A stretch of DNA of 55,037 nt, the filler included, from Ionaspis alba (taxonomy: Eukaryota), in assembly GCA_964255285.1 (NCBI GenBank). It is 2 parts of 2 records of this genome, joined end to end, with 100 filler letters (N's around TTAATTAATTAA, not from the genome) between each part and the next. Parts side by side here need not be neighbours in the genome. Positions count along the whole stretch, not along the records: positions 1 to 27,493 come from CAXUUL010000138.1; 1 more part is not named here. One strand, 5' to 3'. Below, piece after piece: positions 13,261 through 26,172 of the stretch. Under the pieces are notes generated by a model. The model ran no database searches and was not told the DNA's origin. It was given only the letters and a program-made list of their open reading frames with translations. Made by a program: the position numbers and the translations under genes. The stretch's first letter is position 1. Each line of letters starts with the position of its first letter.

Positions 13261-14239
13261 ATGGCTGCAAGATTGAGCAATGCCGGTGCTGTACGCCTGG
13301 CACTGCGCGCTAATGGTAAGGCATCATATCAACAAGCAGTACGCCAATTCGTATGCACAGCGTTGCGGGGAAAGGACATAGCTTCGCAAGAAGATGTTCC
13401 AAACATGCGGCATGCTCCTCGACCTCGTGAGTATCTTTGAAAGGCCTGCAATGAGATGCAGAGACCATACTGATGATACCACTTAGCTGGAGGACAGCTT
13501 TATGCCCCGATTGTCAATCCGGCAGACAAATATCAAGAAAAGTCTACCAGTCTCCACACATACGGACAATACCTACTTTCATGCATGCCAAAATACATCC
13601 AGCAATTTTCCGTTTGGAAAGACGAGCTCACCATTTACATTCCTCCCTCTGGCGTTATCCCCGTTATCTCTTTCCTGAAGTATCACACCGCCGCCGAATA
13701 CACTATGGTGGCCGACATTACGGCTGTTGATTATCCTACAAAGGAGCAACGGTTCGAAATTGTCTACAACCTACTCAGTATTCGCCACAATTCTAGAATT
13801 CGGGTGAAGACATACGCAGACGAGGCAACTCCGGTACCGAGCATTACCAGCTTATACGATGGAGCGAATTGGTACGAAAGAGAAGTGTACGACTTGTTCG
13901 GAGTGTTCTTCACTGGACATCCCGACTTGAGGAGAATCATGACCGACTACGGGTTTGATGGCCATCCATTGAGAAAGGATTTCCCATTAACGGGGTATAC
14001 GGAGATTAGATATGATGAGGAGAAGAAGAGGATCGTTGTCGAGCCTCTCGAATTGACGCAAGCTTTTCGTAATTTCGAGGGAGGGACAGCAGCATGGGAA
14101 CAAGTGGGGCCAGGAAAGGATAGGAAACCAGATCAGGTATGTCGCTGTGGACGAAAAATTGTGAGCAAAATTGACCGACGAGCAGTTTACTTTGCCAACC
14201 CCGAAGCCGGAGGAAAAGAAGGAAGAACCTAAGAAGTAA
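13261..14239 (+). CDS. NDUFS3: NADH:ubiquinone oxidoreductase 30.4 kDa subunit (NuoC homolog), mitochondrial
   Basis: Arg/Ala-rich presequence from ATG 13261. Motifs [22 protein letters not shown] and [26 protein letters not shown]. Two introns; stop TAA at 14237-14239. Confidence 0.97.
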
Positions 14240-14846
14240 AGAGCGAGAAGAAGTATCTTGTACATATTATGCTGTTAGATAACGCTCCGTTGAATACCCT
14301 TTGTGCTTACGGACATTAGCAGAGATTCTTACCAACATTCTCTTTTCCATTGAAAGCCTTGACGTTCACTATGCCCCCTTCTACTGCCCGTCTGTTCGAG
14401 TTCCTCAGCATCCATGTACTAGAGCTTCCTCAGAGGATTTCACTCCTATATCTGGCAACATTATGGAAGGATATGCTAGATGTCAAGTCCAATAGTAATC
14501 ACTTAATTATACGTGAATAGGTTCATACCGCCGCTCTACGCGACTGACAATGCAGATAGGGATGGATCAATTGCTATATTGCGTAATGCCCGAAAGCCCG
14601 AAAGCCCGCCCTTCCAGCTTAGGTGAATAGGTCGGAGAAGGCCCCTGCGATCTTTTCTCTCATTCCCTTCCAACCCTAACTTGAGCACTGCAAAGCCGAG
14701 GTGCTAGATGTCAAGCTTGACAGTACTCAGATGACTACTTTAGTGACCTCCTACTGCCTTTCCTCCCAATATTTGTTTCGAGCACGATACAGACCACTCC
14801 CAAGCCTCTCTACCTCCTGAACTCTTCGCGAACGTCAAAGACATTC

Positions 14847-16672
14847 TCATCGCTCAAGACCTATCCTTCGCCACGAAGCCTCCACGTCCTCACATAACGT
14901 GACGAAATTATCGTCCATTATAAGCTCCATAAGCACCTGATTCAGTCCTACACGTCGCTCTGCCTCGGGCAATGCAACATACTCAGCAAGGGTAGAATAA
15001 GGCAGCATGGGTGGGCGAGCCTCCGCTGCGCTTCGAGACTCTGGTACAGGCCGGAGAGCAGCCACAATACTTGAGGTCGCGTTGGACGTCGCGCCAGGAG
15101 CTGTGCTTGGCATTGGTTTAGCGCGGCTCTCGAGAATGAATCGATCGACGTTATCGGCCCAATTCTTGGCTATTCCACGATCGAGTGGGATTGGGTTTTC
15201 CGAAAGTCTGTCGTCGGATTCTTGAGAGGGTGTCGTCAGTACAAACCTAGGATTCTGTGTAGCATTCGAGCGAGGACCCACAAGCAGCTGTGGCGGGTTA
15301 TAGTCGCCGTCCATTGGATCGCTGTCGATAGGTGGCAGTGACGAAGAAGGCACACCTGTAGAACTTGGAAACTCTGATTTTTTGCTTCCAAGTGCCTTCA
15401 GTGGAGTGCGTTCGCTGGGCGTAGTAGTGCTGCGAAGATCCACCTCACCAGGTCTTGCTAGGATATCCGAACTCATGGTCTTGGTCCTTTTGTTCTCGTG
15501 CAGTTCTGAATACACCGAAGGAGTATTCTTGGCCTTTGGCTTTGCCTTCGGCTTCGGAAACGGAAGCTGGCGTTTCGGAGGGAGCAGCTGACTCAAGCTG
15601 TCCAGCGAAAGACTGGTCAGAGGTACTGGAGAAGAGGCAGGACGCTGGGACCCATCTGGGGTCGGTTGAAACAGCGATCGGCGCACAGTGATCATGTCAT
15701 TCCCCTGTTCAGGATCTCCATGCTCTGGACGGATCAAGGTTCGATTGTTATCATTCAAAGCTGTGTCAGTGGGTTCCAAATGTCCGTCGGAATTATGGGT
15801 ACGTAGATCGGACGTCGGATCTCGGGCAACAAGATTCGGCATTCCAGTAGTGGAGGCACTCTGCAGTGTGATTGGTACAGATGATGGAATCTGCGAAGAA
15901 TCTGCAACTCCTAGTTCTTGATTGAATTGCGATGGTTTCTCTAGGTGATATCCGTGGCTACTCGAGATGATAGAGCTATATGTGGTAGGACGGGAAGTAG
16001 GAACTTGCTCGGATTGCTGACAGGACGAACGGGATTTCGCAGCTTGAACCGAAGCCTGCTCCATATTTTTGTCCCGTATTGGAAGGCCTAGGTTGTATAG
16101 CATATTCAGTGTGATCTCATAACCTACCTCGGGTCGGAACTTCATCTGTATTCGACGAATCTAGATGTCGACATGTTAATGGGAGCGCATTGATCAGTCG
16201 ACTACATCACTTACCCTGCCATCAGAGAGGGGATATCGTATAGCAATAAGAGGCTTCTTGACCATCACTATGAGATTCCGATCCTTGTCTGCCATTGGCA
16301 TGGTCGCTGATACTCCATCTTGTTCCATTCGATGATACTCTGAGAGGTCGTGGAGATTAACTTGCTCCTAAGACATGAGTATGTAGACAAATGTTCTAGC
16401 GCGCTAGAATCTCCGTGGTCGATTGAAGGCATGAAACAATTGATTGCTATAACAGCACATACCACGATTGCTCCGCCTTCAAGGATTTTCATCAATAGCC
16501 TCTTGACCGACAGACCGTTCGCGTCTAGCATTGTGATACTATCAATGGCAGCCACGATGCCAGCGTCGATATGTGTCCACTGTATCAGACCACGAAGACT
16601 ACCACATGTGGAATAAGAAAACTTGGATAGTTCCAAGGTGAGGGGCCCGCTCTGGGAAACTATTTGAGACAT
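14847..16672 (-). CDS. REC114: Meiotic double-strand-break factor Rec114/Rec7-like protein
   Basis: Three exons spliced give an N-terminal PH-like domain with LELSKFSYS, QWTHI, VKKPLIAIRYP and IRRIQMKF. A disordered middle is followed by C-terminal LIMDDNFVTLCEDVEASWRR, the pattern typical of Rec114 signature motifs. Confidence 0.75.
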
Positions 16673-17166
16673 AATTTCGACTCAAGTTTGAACGGAAGAG
16701 AGCAAAAAACAGTCAAGTAGAGTTTCGAGCGTTAGTGCTGCAGTGTTAGTTGCATTTTGTTCGATAGTAGTACAGTGTGTTCATAATGATAAACCGATTA
16801 ATAGAAGCATAAAGCACCTCGCTGATGTTGGCACAGCGTGGGAGGATGCTATGGTTATCATTGTACAGGATTGTTCTAAAAAAGAGATTCCTCGGAGGAG
16901 AGCCTCACTAGCGGCGGAGAGCGGCATAAGGCCGAGAAACTAGAGCTCATCATTTACCACCAACGGGAACGCGCCCGACTTTGTCTACGCGAGAGACTAT
17001 CCCATTGGAGATGCTTACCTCTTACACTCAGCGCAAAGCTAGACATCTTGAAACATCTTCGAAGTTTGCTCAAATGATGTGAGCGTGGTGACGCTCTGAA
17101 AGGCCCACGGTCTTCTCCTTGCTCCTTGGCCCAGTCGTCGCGGCCTCTACGGCCATCTTGAAGGCC

Positions 17167-20100
17167 ATGGCTTTGGAGGAGGATCCCACAGGTCCTCCTT
17201 CGGACTCTGCCGAGTTCTTCGAGGACCTGGCAGCGTTCCACGAGCAGAGAGGGTATGTCTTTCAGACACCTTGGCTCCATTCCCACCCACTAATCAACCC
17301 TTCGTCAGGACCACTCTCGACAACAATGCACGAGTCAATGGCAAACACATCGATCTATTCAAGCTTTTCGGAGTGGTCAGTCAGCGCGGCGGATACGATG
17401 TGGTGAGCTCTGAAAAGCTGGCGTGGCGTAAGGTCGGACAGGAATTCAATCTTGGCCAAACTAATACCGCCGCGTACGCCTTTGCACTTAAGACCGTCTA
17501 CTATAAGAATCTTGCGTAAGTTGTACGTTGCAGCAGTGGTTCTTCTCGCGCTTACCGTCACCAGTGCTTATGCCATCAAACGAGTCTATAAGCAGGAACC
17601 ACCACCTAAGGAAATATTGGAGGAAGTCAGTGCGAAGGGCGGAGAACTTTTGAGTAGAACAACAGACAACTTTCGACCACCTCAGAGTCGAGAGCAGATG
17701 ACGAACGGCAACGACAGTGACGGGTCGGGAGAAGAGGAACGCAAGACTCCCAAGGAAGAGAAGATGGATGTGGACGATCCGGGGAGTGGGGGAGGGAGAA
17801 CAACTAGAGGTACTTTCCGGCCCAAGTCCAGTGTCGAGCTTGACAAGATCTGCCCTAACTTATTTGACCCTCGAAGGCCTTAGACAGGCGCCTCCGCAAC
17901 GTGTGTTATTCCAGCCGGATCTCTCGTCGTCACGTCAAACTAGGCATACGCCCAATCACACGCAATCACCGCAACCGCTTACCACCTCAACAAATAGTGG
18001 ATACACTTACAATACATCATTCAACCCAAACAGTACATCCTTCAATATAGCAAATTATGAACCAAGACCTCAAATACCTTTGACTCTACGCCCTGTTCTC
18101 ACGCCTGGAAACAACCCTACAATCTTCAAGGATAGAATAAAAAAGGTGCGAGAAGCACAAGCCGCAAGGCTCGGAAAAACCCCTCCTAGCTACAAGGGAA
18201 TGATGCTACCAGGCAGTATGTTACTTATCTTAATCTCTATAATTCCTCACAGATCTGACAAAACTTAGCCGGGTTCGATGGCCCTAACATCTATGTCCGA
18301 ACTCTCCTAGCATTGCGGTCTGGTATATCTCAAGAACAGGATTATGCGCTCCATCATCTCGTGAAAATCTCCCATGAACGAGGAGACAAATACAAGTTCG
18401 AAGCTTTTCCTGGCTTGGCTGAAGGCTTGATCGAGAAGGCTCTTGAAGTCGGCTCGCTCTTCTACAACGTCAAATGGGAGATCTCGTATGCGGACAGCGG
18501 CCCGAGTACTGAAAATCATGTCTTGGACGGCATGAACGGTACAGCTGACCTGCTGGACCGGATCCAGAAGCTTCAGAGGCTCGATTTCTCCGATGAAGTG
18601 GAAACAAATGAGTTCAGCCACAAGTTATTGAAGATCAACGAGGCTGGTCTCGTCATCCGGAATATGTCCATGTTAGAAGACAATGCTAGATACCTCTCTG
18701 AGCAATACCCTTTGCGAGATCTTCTGACGATAGCACTGAACCTGCCTCGGAAAGCTGCTCTGATTGAGCTCAAACACTACGCGCTCGATATCGCAGAACA
18801 ACTTACAAAATACTGGTCACTTGAATCCACAAGTCCACTCTATGTATCTCTACTCAACCATCTCGATGAAGGGCTTGACCGAGGTGCAGCGTTGACAACT
18901 CTTCGTGCAATCAGCCGAATTTCCATGAATCTAGAAGAAGCCAATCGACTGAAGGATGTGCCTTTGTCAGCACTAGTACGTCTGAATGAGTGGACTCTCC
19001 TGGACGACGAAGAGCTCGTCGCGACTTGTTTGGACTTCTTCTACCAGTTCACAGCTATTTCCGAAAATGTTGCCGTCCTCCTTACTCATTCCGCTAACGG
19101 TAAATTTGCTCTTCACTCTTTCGTCGCTCAATTGGGACGACTGCTGCTCCACAACGCGCAAGAATCTTCGTCGAGGCGGATGATATCCTCTGCAATACCA
19201 CCAAAGCCAGCTACCGAAGTTCCTGCCATTCCAGCAGACCTGCTTGAGCAAGTCATCAAGTACAACGAGCCGGAACGATCTTCTCACTGGCTGCGCGCGT
19301 GTTTTCAGGAGGACCCTGAGAGTGATATCACCCAGATTGCACTTTGGCAGGCATATCAGTCTCGCTTCACTCGATTCAGCACTCCCCAGAATTCTCTTCT
19401 AGCAGCTGCAGATTTCATCAAGAACGTCAGCACAACCTTTCCTTCTGCAAATGCCCAAGTCATCAACGGCGCCAACCAAAGATTCATCATCAAGGGTATC
19501 CGACCAAGACACATACCCACGGATACGAAGGGTCGCAACTACTCGCGCTGCTTATGGAAGCCACCTGGATCTTCCAACATCTGCGGAGAGTTTTTTCTCA
19601 AACCAGCTGAAATGTGGGAGCATCTAGTGACTTCCCACATTGGTCTTAGGCGTAATGCTGAAAGGCACTGGAACTTCACAGAAGCTCAAACCGCCACAGC
19701 TTTGAATCATGAGAAACTAGACTGCTATTGGGCAGGATGCCAGCATTTCGCTGCACGTGGTGGTACCGATAACGCCTACGATGTAGGGATGCATGTGAAG
19801 ACACATTTGCCAGACATTGGTCCAAAGACGTTGCATCGAGCCAAACACAACCGATCCGTTACGGCGACTACTGCAAGTGCAACAACTAATTTGGACGACA
19901 TACCGGACGATTACAACCTTGGAGCTCGCCCTGCTGTCTATGAGTACTTCCCGTGGTACCCTACCATCGTGGACGAACGTGGAGAGGCTGCCGGTCTTCC
20001 TTTGACCAGCGTTCTGGTTCTTCGAAATCTAGCACGTAACATCCCTAAAGCAGTTGCAGGGCTCGAAACTGCAGGAGATATACCCGGAAAGGCAGAAGGC

Positions 20101-20232
20101 GAGAAGGGGTGGGTGAACCAGCTGTTTGGACCAATCAAGGCGAAGTTGTGGCTTGTCTTTGCTCACAACCGCCCACTGTCCGGATATGTTTGGACATTAA
20201 TGACTACGGTGGAAAAGGGCATTGAAGGTTAG
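17167..20232 (+). CDS. RSC9: RSC chromatin-remodelling subunit Rsc9 (ARID + ARM-like + RFX-type winged helix)
   Basis: ARID domain (HIDLFKLFGVVSQRGGYDVVS...LAWRKVG), then GFDGPNIYVRTLLALRSG and RFX-like DSDITQIALWQAYQ...FIKNVSTTF...FIIKGIRPR. Four introns. Confidence 0.92.
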
Positions 20233-21590
20233 GAAGTCTGACTCCGTGCCTGACAGAATGATCGTCACGATCATGCCGTGGTAATGTTGGGGGCTCAAGA
20301 GTATTATCATATCTCGGATTTCTTAGTTGGCGCTGGGTTTGGTTTGCCTGAGATACCCGGGATCTGCATGGGCATGGCACAGGCATCATTAGCTGTGTGA
20401 GGTAAAAGCACAGGCGTTCGCAAGTGGAGTACACTAGCTTGGACAGAAATTCAACCCTAAAGAGATGTCATTGTACAATATTAAATTTTCAAGATCTCAA
20501 ATCTGCAAGGCAATTCTGTAACCTTGGATGGCAAGTTCATAATCATCATGCAGAGGATTGTCCGGGCAGATGGGTGACTTGTAACAACTGACCACTCTGA
20601 ATCACCGGTGGAAATGAATGTGGAACAGCTTGCCCTTCATCGAACTTGGATGGCATCAACTATCATAGCAAACATAACCAGTATGTAAATGACGAGTGAC
20701 GAGTCTGACCGTGGATGATCAGCCGCGCAGATACCCGAGCGAGCCGAGTGCTGCTGATTGGCTTTGACGATCTGATCATCTGGAACTGTTTCGCATAAAT
20801 GTTCCGCCAGCTTCCGAGCTCGATCTCTCCCCCAGAAATCGAAGCTCCGAATGCAGCTCAACAGAAATCCTGCCGAGTCCATCCTTCGATATTGTAAGGG
20901 TCATTCGCGGACCATCTCAAAACCTGTGTCTATCTTTTGCCCGCCACCTGCAGTCGATATGTTGAAGTGATAGACCGATCCCTTATCAAGACTTCGCCAT
21001 TCTTCCCCCGGTCTACAGCGTCTAGCTAGGCATGTGACTCTTAACACCATCCTATCGACATCGAGTCATCCCGTTTCTCTCCTCCACCTTCCCCACGTTT
21101 CTGCCCCATCGATTTTCTAGGGACAAATGCATTGATACGCGATTCGATGATTCGTAAGTCAACTTCGACCTCCAGCAGCCTTGCCTGGAGCCTCGAGAAG
21201 GAAAGGGCTGATCCGATAGGCTCCTTTTCAACCTGATCATCAGGCATCTACTGCTGGACGCCGATTGCAGGCATAGCTGCACACACTTTCCAGCCTGTCA
21301 TGGATAGGAACAGAGCTTGACATAGTCTTTCACCCTCTACCGCTGCACAAGCCTCTCAACCTAGGCAGTAATCCTCGATGTCTTCGAACTCCACTGCCCT
21401 TGCAGTGACAAATTTGACGCCTTATTGTTTTTCTAGGCGGTAGCCTTACGATATCTGGATGTCTCCTTGGCTCTGATTCTCTCTCCGGTACACAGCATCA
21501 GGTCACACAGAGCTACAAATCATCCTCCGAGTGCGGAGTCGAGGTCGACGTCAACCAGACCTCAACCTCTTCCATCCTTAACCCAATAAA

Positions 21591-24500
21591 ATGCATCAAC
21601 ATCCACGGGCGCCGCCGGTAACGGCGTCTCCGGCAAATTCGCCGAGAACAAATCCTACAAGAACCAACAATCCAAGAGAACAGGATTCTGGACCCTCGAG
21701 ATCGAGTTCACATCGTGCAACACCGAGCGAACAAGGCATTGGCATCAGCGAAGGACTAGATCCACAAGCAAGAGTCCAAGAAACTGCCCCCGAGGGCAAA
21801 GATAATCTCGCGAAGCTCAGCCAAGTTATCCAAGTACGTCCCATTATTATATGCCCGGTACGAAGAGAAGTCATCTGGAGTGGTTCTAATCAACATCCCT
21901 TCCTAGAATTACTACACCAAGGCCGCTTTGATCATCTTACAGTCGCGAGTGCCTCTTCCAGCTGCATACGCTAAGGGAAATACTAAGAGAGTAAATAAAT
22001 GGGTGAGTTCGTACTTTCGGGGGGGAAATCCTCCCCTTCCTGACTTGCTCATCTGAAAGTCGATGCTAACAAAACATCTGGGTCTTGTAGTTCAACGTGG
22101 AGCTTGACGAGACGGATGCACTCCGCGAAGACCTACGTATATGGAAAGGCTGCGATGTCGTCTACAACAGGCCACCGCCCATGATCATTGAAACCTACAT
22201 CGACACGGAAGAGTTGACCAACAACCAGAGTTTGGTAATTATCGACGATCTTGGGAAACGGTGGGATGTTGAAGAAGCCTTGCGAGGTTCGCTTGAAACA
22301 ACGGAACATGGCGAAAGAAGGACGTCGAAGCCGCAAGTGGTCCTAGAGCGATGGCACTTGGAGCTCGGTGACTCAACCAAGGAATATCCCAAGGATCTGG
22401 GCACGATTCTGCCGCGGATATACAAGAACAGCATCGTCCTATTTCGATCATTGGTAACCTATGCAAAACTCCTCCCCACATGGAAACTTGGCAAGAAGAT
22501 TTCGAAGCCCAGATCGTCCCATACTATACCAAAGCTAAAGTTTCGCATCGTTGATGCAATGGAATACATGGTCGATTCTGATTTTGATGAGCTGTCGATT
22601 CCATTATTCGAGAGTACTGGGAAGGTAACAGAAGACTACTCATTTGGATCTATCGAATCCCCAGCCGGTCCATTCTCTATCAGTGTTACATATCGGGCCA
22701 ATTGCGATTTCCGGATCGATAATTCGGAAGCGCTTCTTAGCTCCCATTTTATGGGAATGGATGAGGATATGTTCGAGCCTTCTCTCGGACAACAGTCAGG
22801 CTTCCGTGGCCCGCAGCAAGCAGTACAGCACACGGGTCGACGCACAGATGTGGGATCGTTACCGCAAACACGAAGAGACGTGGCGGAGATTGCTGAACAA
22901 GGCCAAGCTTATGGTAGCCTTTCAACCTTCCACAATGTTGGAGCTCGTGTGAGCTCAAGCCCATTGTCTGCACTTCGCGCTGCTCGTGATATGAACATGC
23001 AGTCTCCTTCAGACTCTCCGCCGTTGAAAGTGCCACCAGATCATCGATCCGCTCAAGGTTCGAGATCGTCCCTTCGATCCGCGGACGGTGTGCCTCCTAT
23101 AGGTAGAAGACCATCCGTATCATTTATGCCGTTCAAGTCACCGTCACTCTCGGCTTCACCTCTACAGAACGATCCTACCCTGACTTCATCACCTCGAGGC
23201 TCGCTTGGACGGGCATCAGCACTGAGTGCCCTGGCCGAAGCTCGAAACCCGTCATCGCTGGCACAGCAGAGCTCGTTGCCCTCAAGGGCTTCTCCCGTAA
23301 TCCCTGATCCTCCTGTCACATCTTCCGCGTCAAGTTCACCAAGACCTGGTCCAACTCCACGGTATAGTAGCAGCTTTGGGCACAGGCGGAATAGATTGTC
23401 TGTTGGTGGTGGAAGCAAAACCGACGACGACAACAACAGCAGCGGTAAAGCGAGCATAACGTCTTCGAGTGCGCAGCCAGGATCAGGAGTCCTTGCGGAA
23501 GGAGGCGCGGCAAGCTCCGGCTCTCTTCACACGGACGACGATAACATTTCGGATTTCCTCAAGATGTTGGATCAGAAGAAGGACCTGAAGAGCTTCCAAA
23601 CCCCTGCCGGTGGAACTTCAGCCGATCTGGCCACCAGAAGGACGACTGCAGCCCTCTCCAAATTCCAACGCATGAGAGATTCCAATGCTGCTCTATCCGA
23701 CTCAATGTCATCCTCCCTGCTTCTTCACCGATCTTCGAGCTCCTCAAGCCGGCAACTTTCGAGTGTGCCTCCTATGATAGCCGGTACCTCAATGTCGACA
23801 TCCTCGTCTCCGGGAAAGCCTATTTCGCCACACACTCCACATACGCCAGCCATACCTTCGCGGCTGAGTGCCAACAGTATCGTGGAATACAACCATCGGG
23901 AACGAAGCGTTGGCCGACATAGACTCTCTGAGGGAGAAGATGTACCTCTTGAGGTGAGTAGAGAGGAAGACGCATCGCGAGATGAAGGTACTGGAGCGAT
24001 CGACATTCCGACGTCCCCTCGACCATTCCATCCCAGCTATCGAAGATCCAGCTCTGTCGCCCAGCAGCATAGACCACTTCCCATCGACGACGACTTGGGA
24101 GACATCATGCCCTTCGGCATGCGTAGCGCAAGCTTGGGTGATGGCGAAGAAAGACCACCGCTCAACCTTAGTGCGCTTGTTGGTTTGCAAGAAGGCTCGG
24201 ATGTCACGAGCCCCAATTTGGCAACAGCCCCGGGCCTTGGAGACCGAGGTCTCAGTATGGCAAGGCAGCGATCCTCCTCCCAAGAAGGACGCGAAGACGA
24301 AAGACCAAGCTCGTCTCGTGGGATTTCCTATCGACCTCGCCTTGGTCGCTATGGGGGACGGGGACAAACCCCACCTCAGGGGTCTCCTTCCGGAAACGCC
24401 TCCGATCGAGCGAGCGGAAGTGGAAGCTCGGATCAACGAGGGGGCAGATATAGCTTTACAAGGCCGCCTAGCCACTTCGAAGACGAGGAACCGCTGTTAT

Positions 24501-24652
24501 TTGCTATGAGTGATTTTGGGGCCGGGCAGCAGTCGAGGAGGAGTTTGGAAGAGGGGAGAGGGGACCGAGGAGCTAGTGGTGCCGGCGGTGGTGCAGACTC
24601 GGGCAGTTCGTCGAGGAGATCGCAGAGGAGGGGAGGGAATACTTGGGCTTAG
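21591..24652 (+). CDS. ATG13: Autophagy-related protein 13 (HORMA domain + Ser-rich disordered C-terminus)
   Basis: [21 protein letters not shown]...[28 protein letters not shown] and [13 protein letters not shown]. Two introns near the 5' end. Confidence 0.94.
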
Positions 24653-26172
24653 GCTCTTGCTACCGCTGCCCCCAAGAGAAATGAAGGTTCTGGTTGGCAG
24701 GGGCATCATGCATTCTGTCGTCAAAGACTGCGTGGGGCTCACGAGGCTGATCGAGACGGATACTCATCAATACTGACTCATTTTGGAGCCTGGTCCGGCG
24801 GGGCTGTTCATTATTACAATATGTGTGGGAGATTATATGCATGGTACACAACATAGGATTGGGTGAAGGGATGGGTGGGTTCTTTAGTGCTCAAGCACCC
24901 GGGCATCCTCCTTCCTGGCTGGCTTGCTTTCTTGCTGCATTTTCAGCGAGCGTTCCAAGGTGTGGATTAGATGTTCAGGCCGGGGCGTACAAGGTTGATT
25001 GCTTGGACATGGATGGTGGTCGAGTAGAAGATTGATAGATAAACATAACAAATTGGAAAATACTGTGTGACCATTCGGTGTCTCCTATGTCTATCGTGGA
25101 CCACACACGACCCTGATCTCACAGTAGCGTACCTGTTGCTTATGGCCCGACTGTTCATGCAGTTGAAATCACATCTGCCCCCGTTTTCATAGGCTCTGTT
25201 GCAATGCACACCGCCGCCCTCCACGTTCTTCGAGGCTAGCGATTCTTTGGTTGCCTCTCTTTTGCCGTTTCCCCCAACCGCTTCGGCACTTCTTTTCGTC
25301 CGACTGAAAGATAAGAACCGTTGACGGCGCAGATATGGCGTGCAGCTGAAACGGAAGTTAACCTTCATTGGGGAATAGCATCTGTTGCACACATGTGCAG
25401 GGACATGCTCTAAATCTCGAAATGCCCAAAACTGCCTGGCCGAATGCTGGAGCTTGCTTGACTAATCAACTCGAGTGCATGGTGATGACGATCTCGACCT
25501 GATCGATGCGGCTTAGGTTGGAATCTGGTTGTGTGTGCAACGGCAGGAAGCGGACCGAGACACGGTGTAGTAGACGACGACACCTCTATCCGACCACGAT
25601 CACCCTTCTGCATGGCTCCATCACGAACCGTGGCAACACAACATAACACACCATAACACACCGCTAAGGCGAATAGGCCATGATGATGGCGTGCTGAAGG
25701 TCCGCGTATGTCTAATTACGCCCCGTGTCGGCTTGAAAGCCTGTGATCCCAAACCGAAGGCCGGTCATCGGCAAAATGCGCTAAGCTATGACTTTTGCTT
25801 AGATATCCTATCCATTCTCTTACGTCCCTTCTTTTCCCACAAGCTTCACTCTCCCTCTTCCCCAGGTTCCTCCATCAGCACCATTTTCAGGGGACTCGGT
25901 GTTTCCTGAGCAGAACAGTCCAGTTCCATATATCGGTGATGGTGGCCTTGCACCTTTCGTAGGCGCATCGACACTCTCGCCATCATGTTGCCTCTTCCCA
26001 ATCCCAAGATGGTCTGACGCCACCATCCATTCCCTCGCCCGCGAAATCCCTTCGCTTTGACCATCGATTGCGCGCACATATCTAGCAATTGATTCTTCAC
26101 TGTTTACTTCTTCGTTAGTGACTACAAATTCTTTTATACATATTTCCAACGTCCAGCACACAGCCACTCGAG

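Noticed and set aside
14671..14680. CAACCCTAAC, resembling a telomerase RNA template or telomere repeat
   Set aside because: Single short match in a ~600-bp intergenic space with no other telomerase RNA features. Expected by chance.
16909..16918. TAGCGGCGGA as a URS1 meiotic element upstream of REC114
   Set aside because: Does not match TAGCCGCCGA in either orientation.
23789..24509. Overlapping 228-aa and 175-aa ORFs within ATG13
   Set aside because: Alternative frames of a GC-rich low-complexity coding region.
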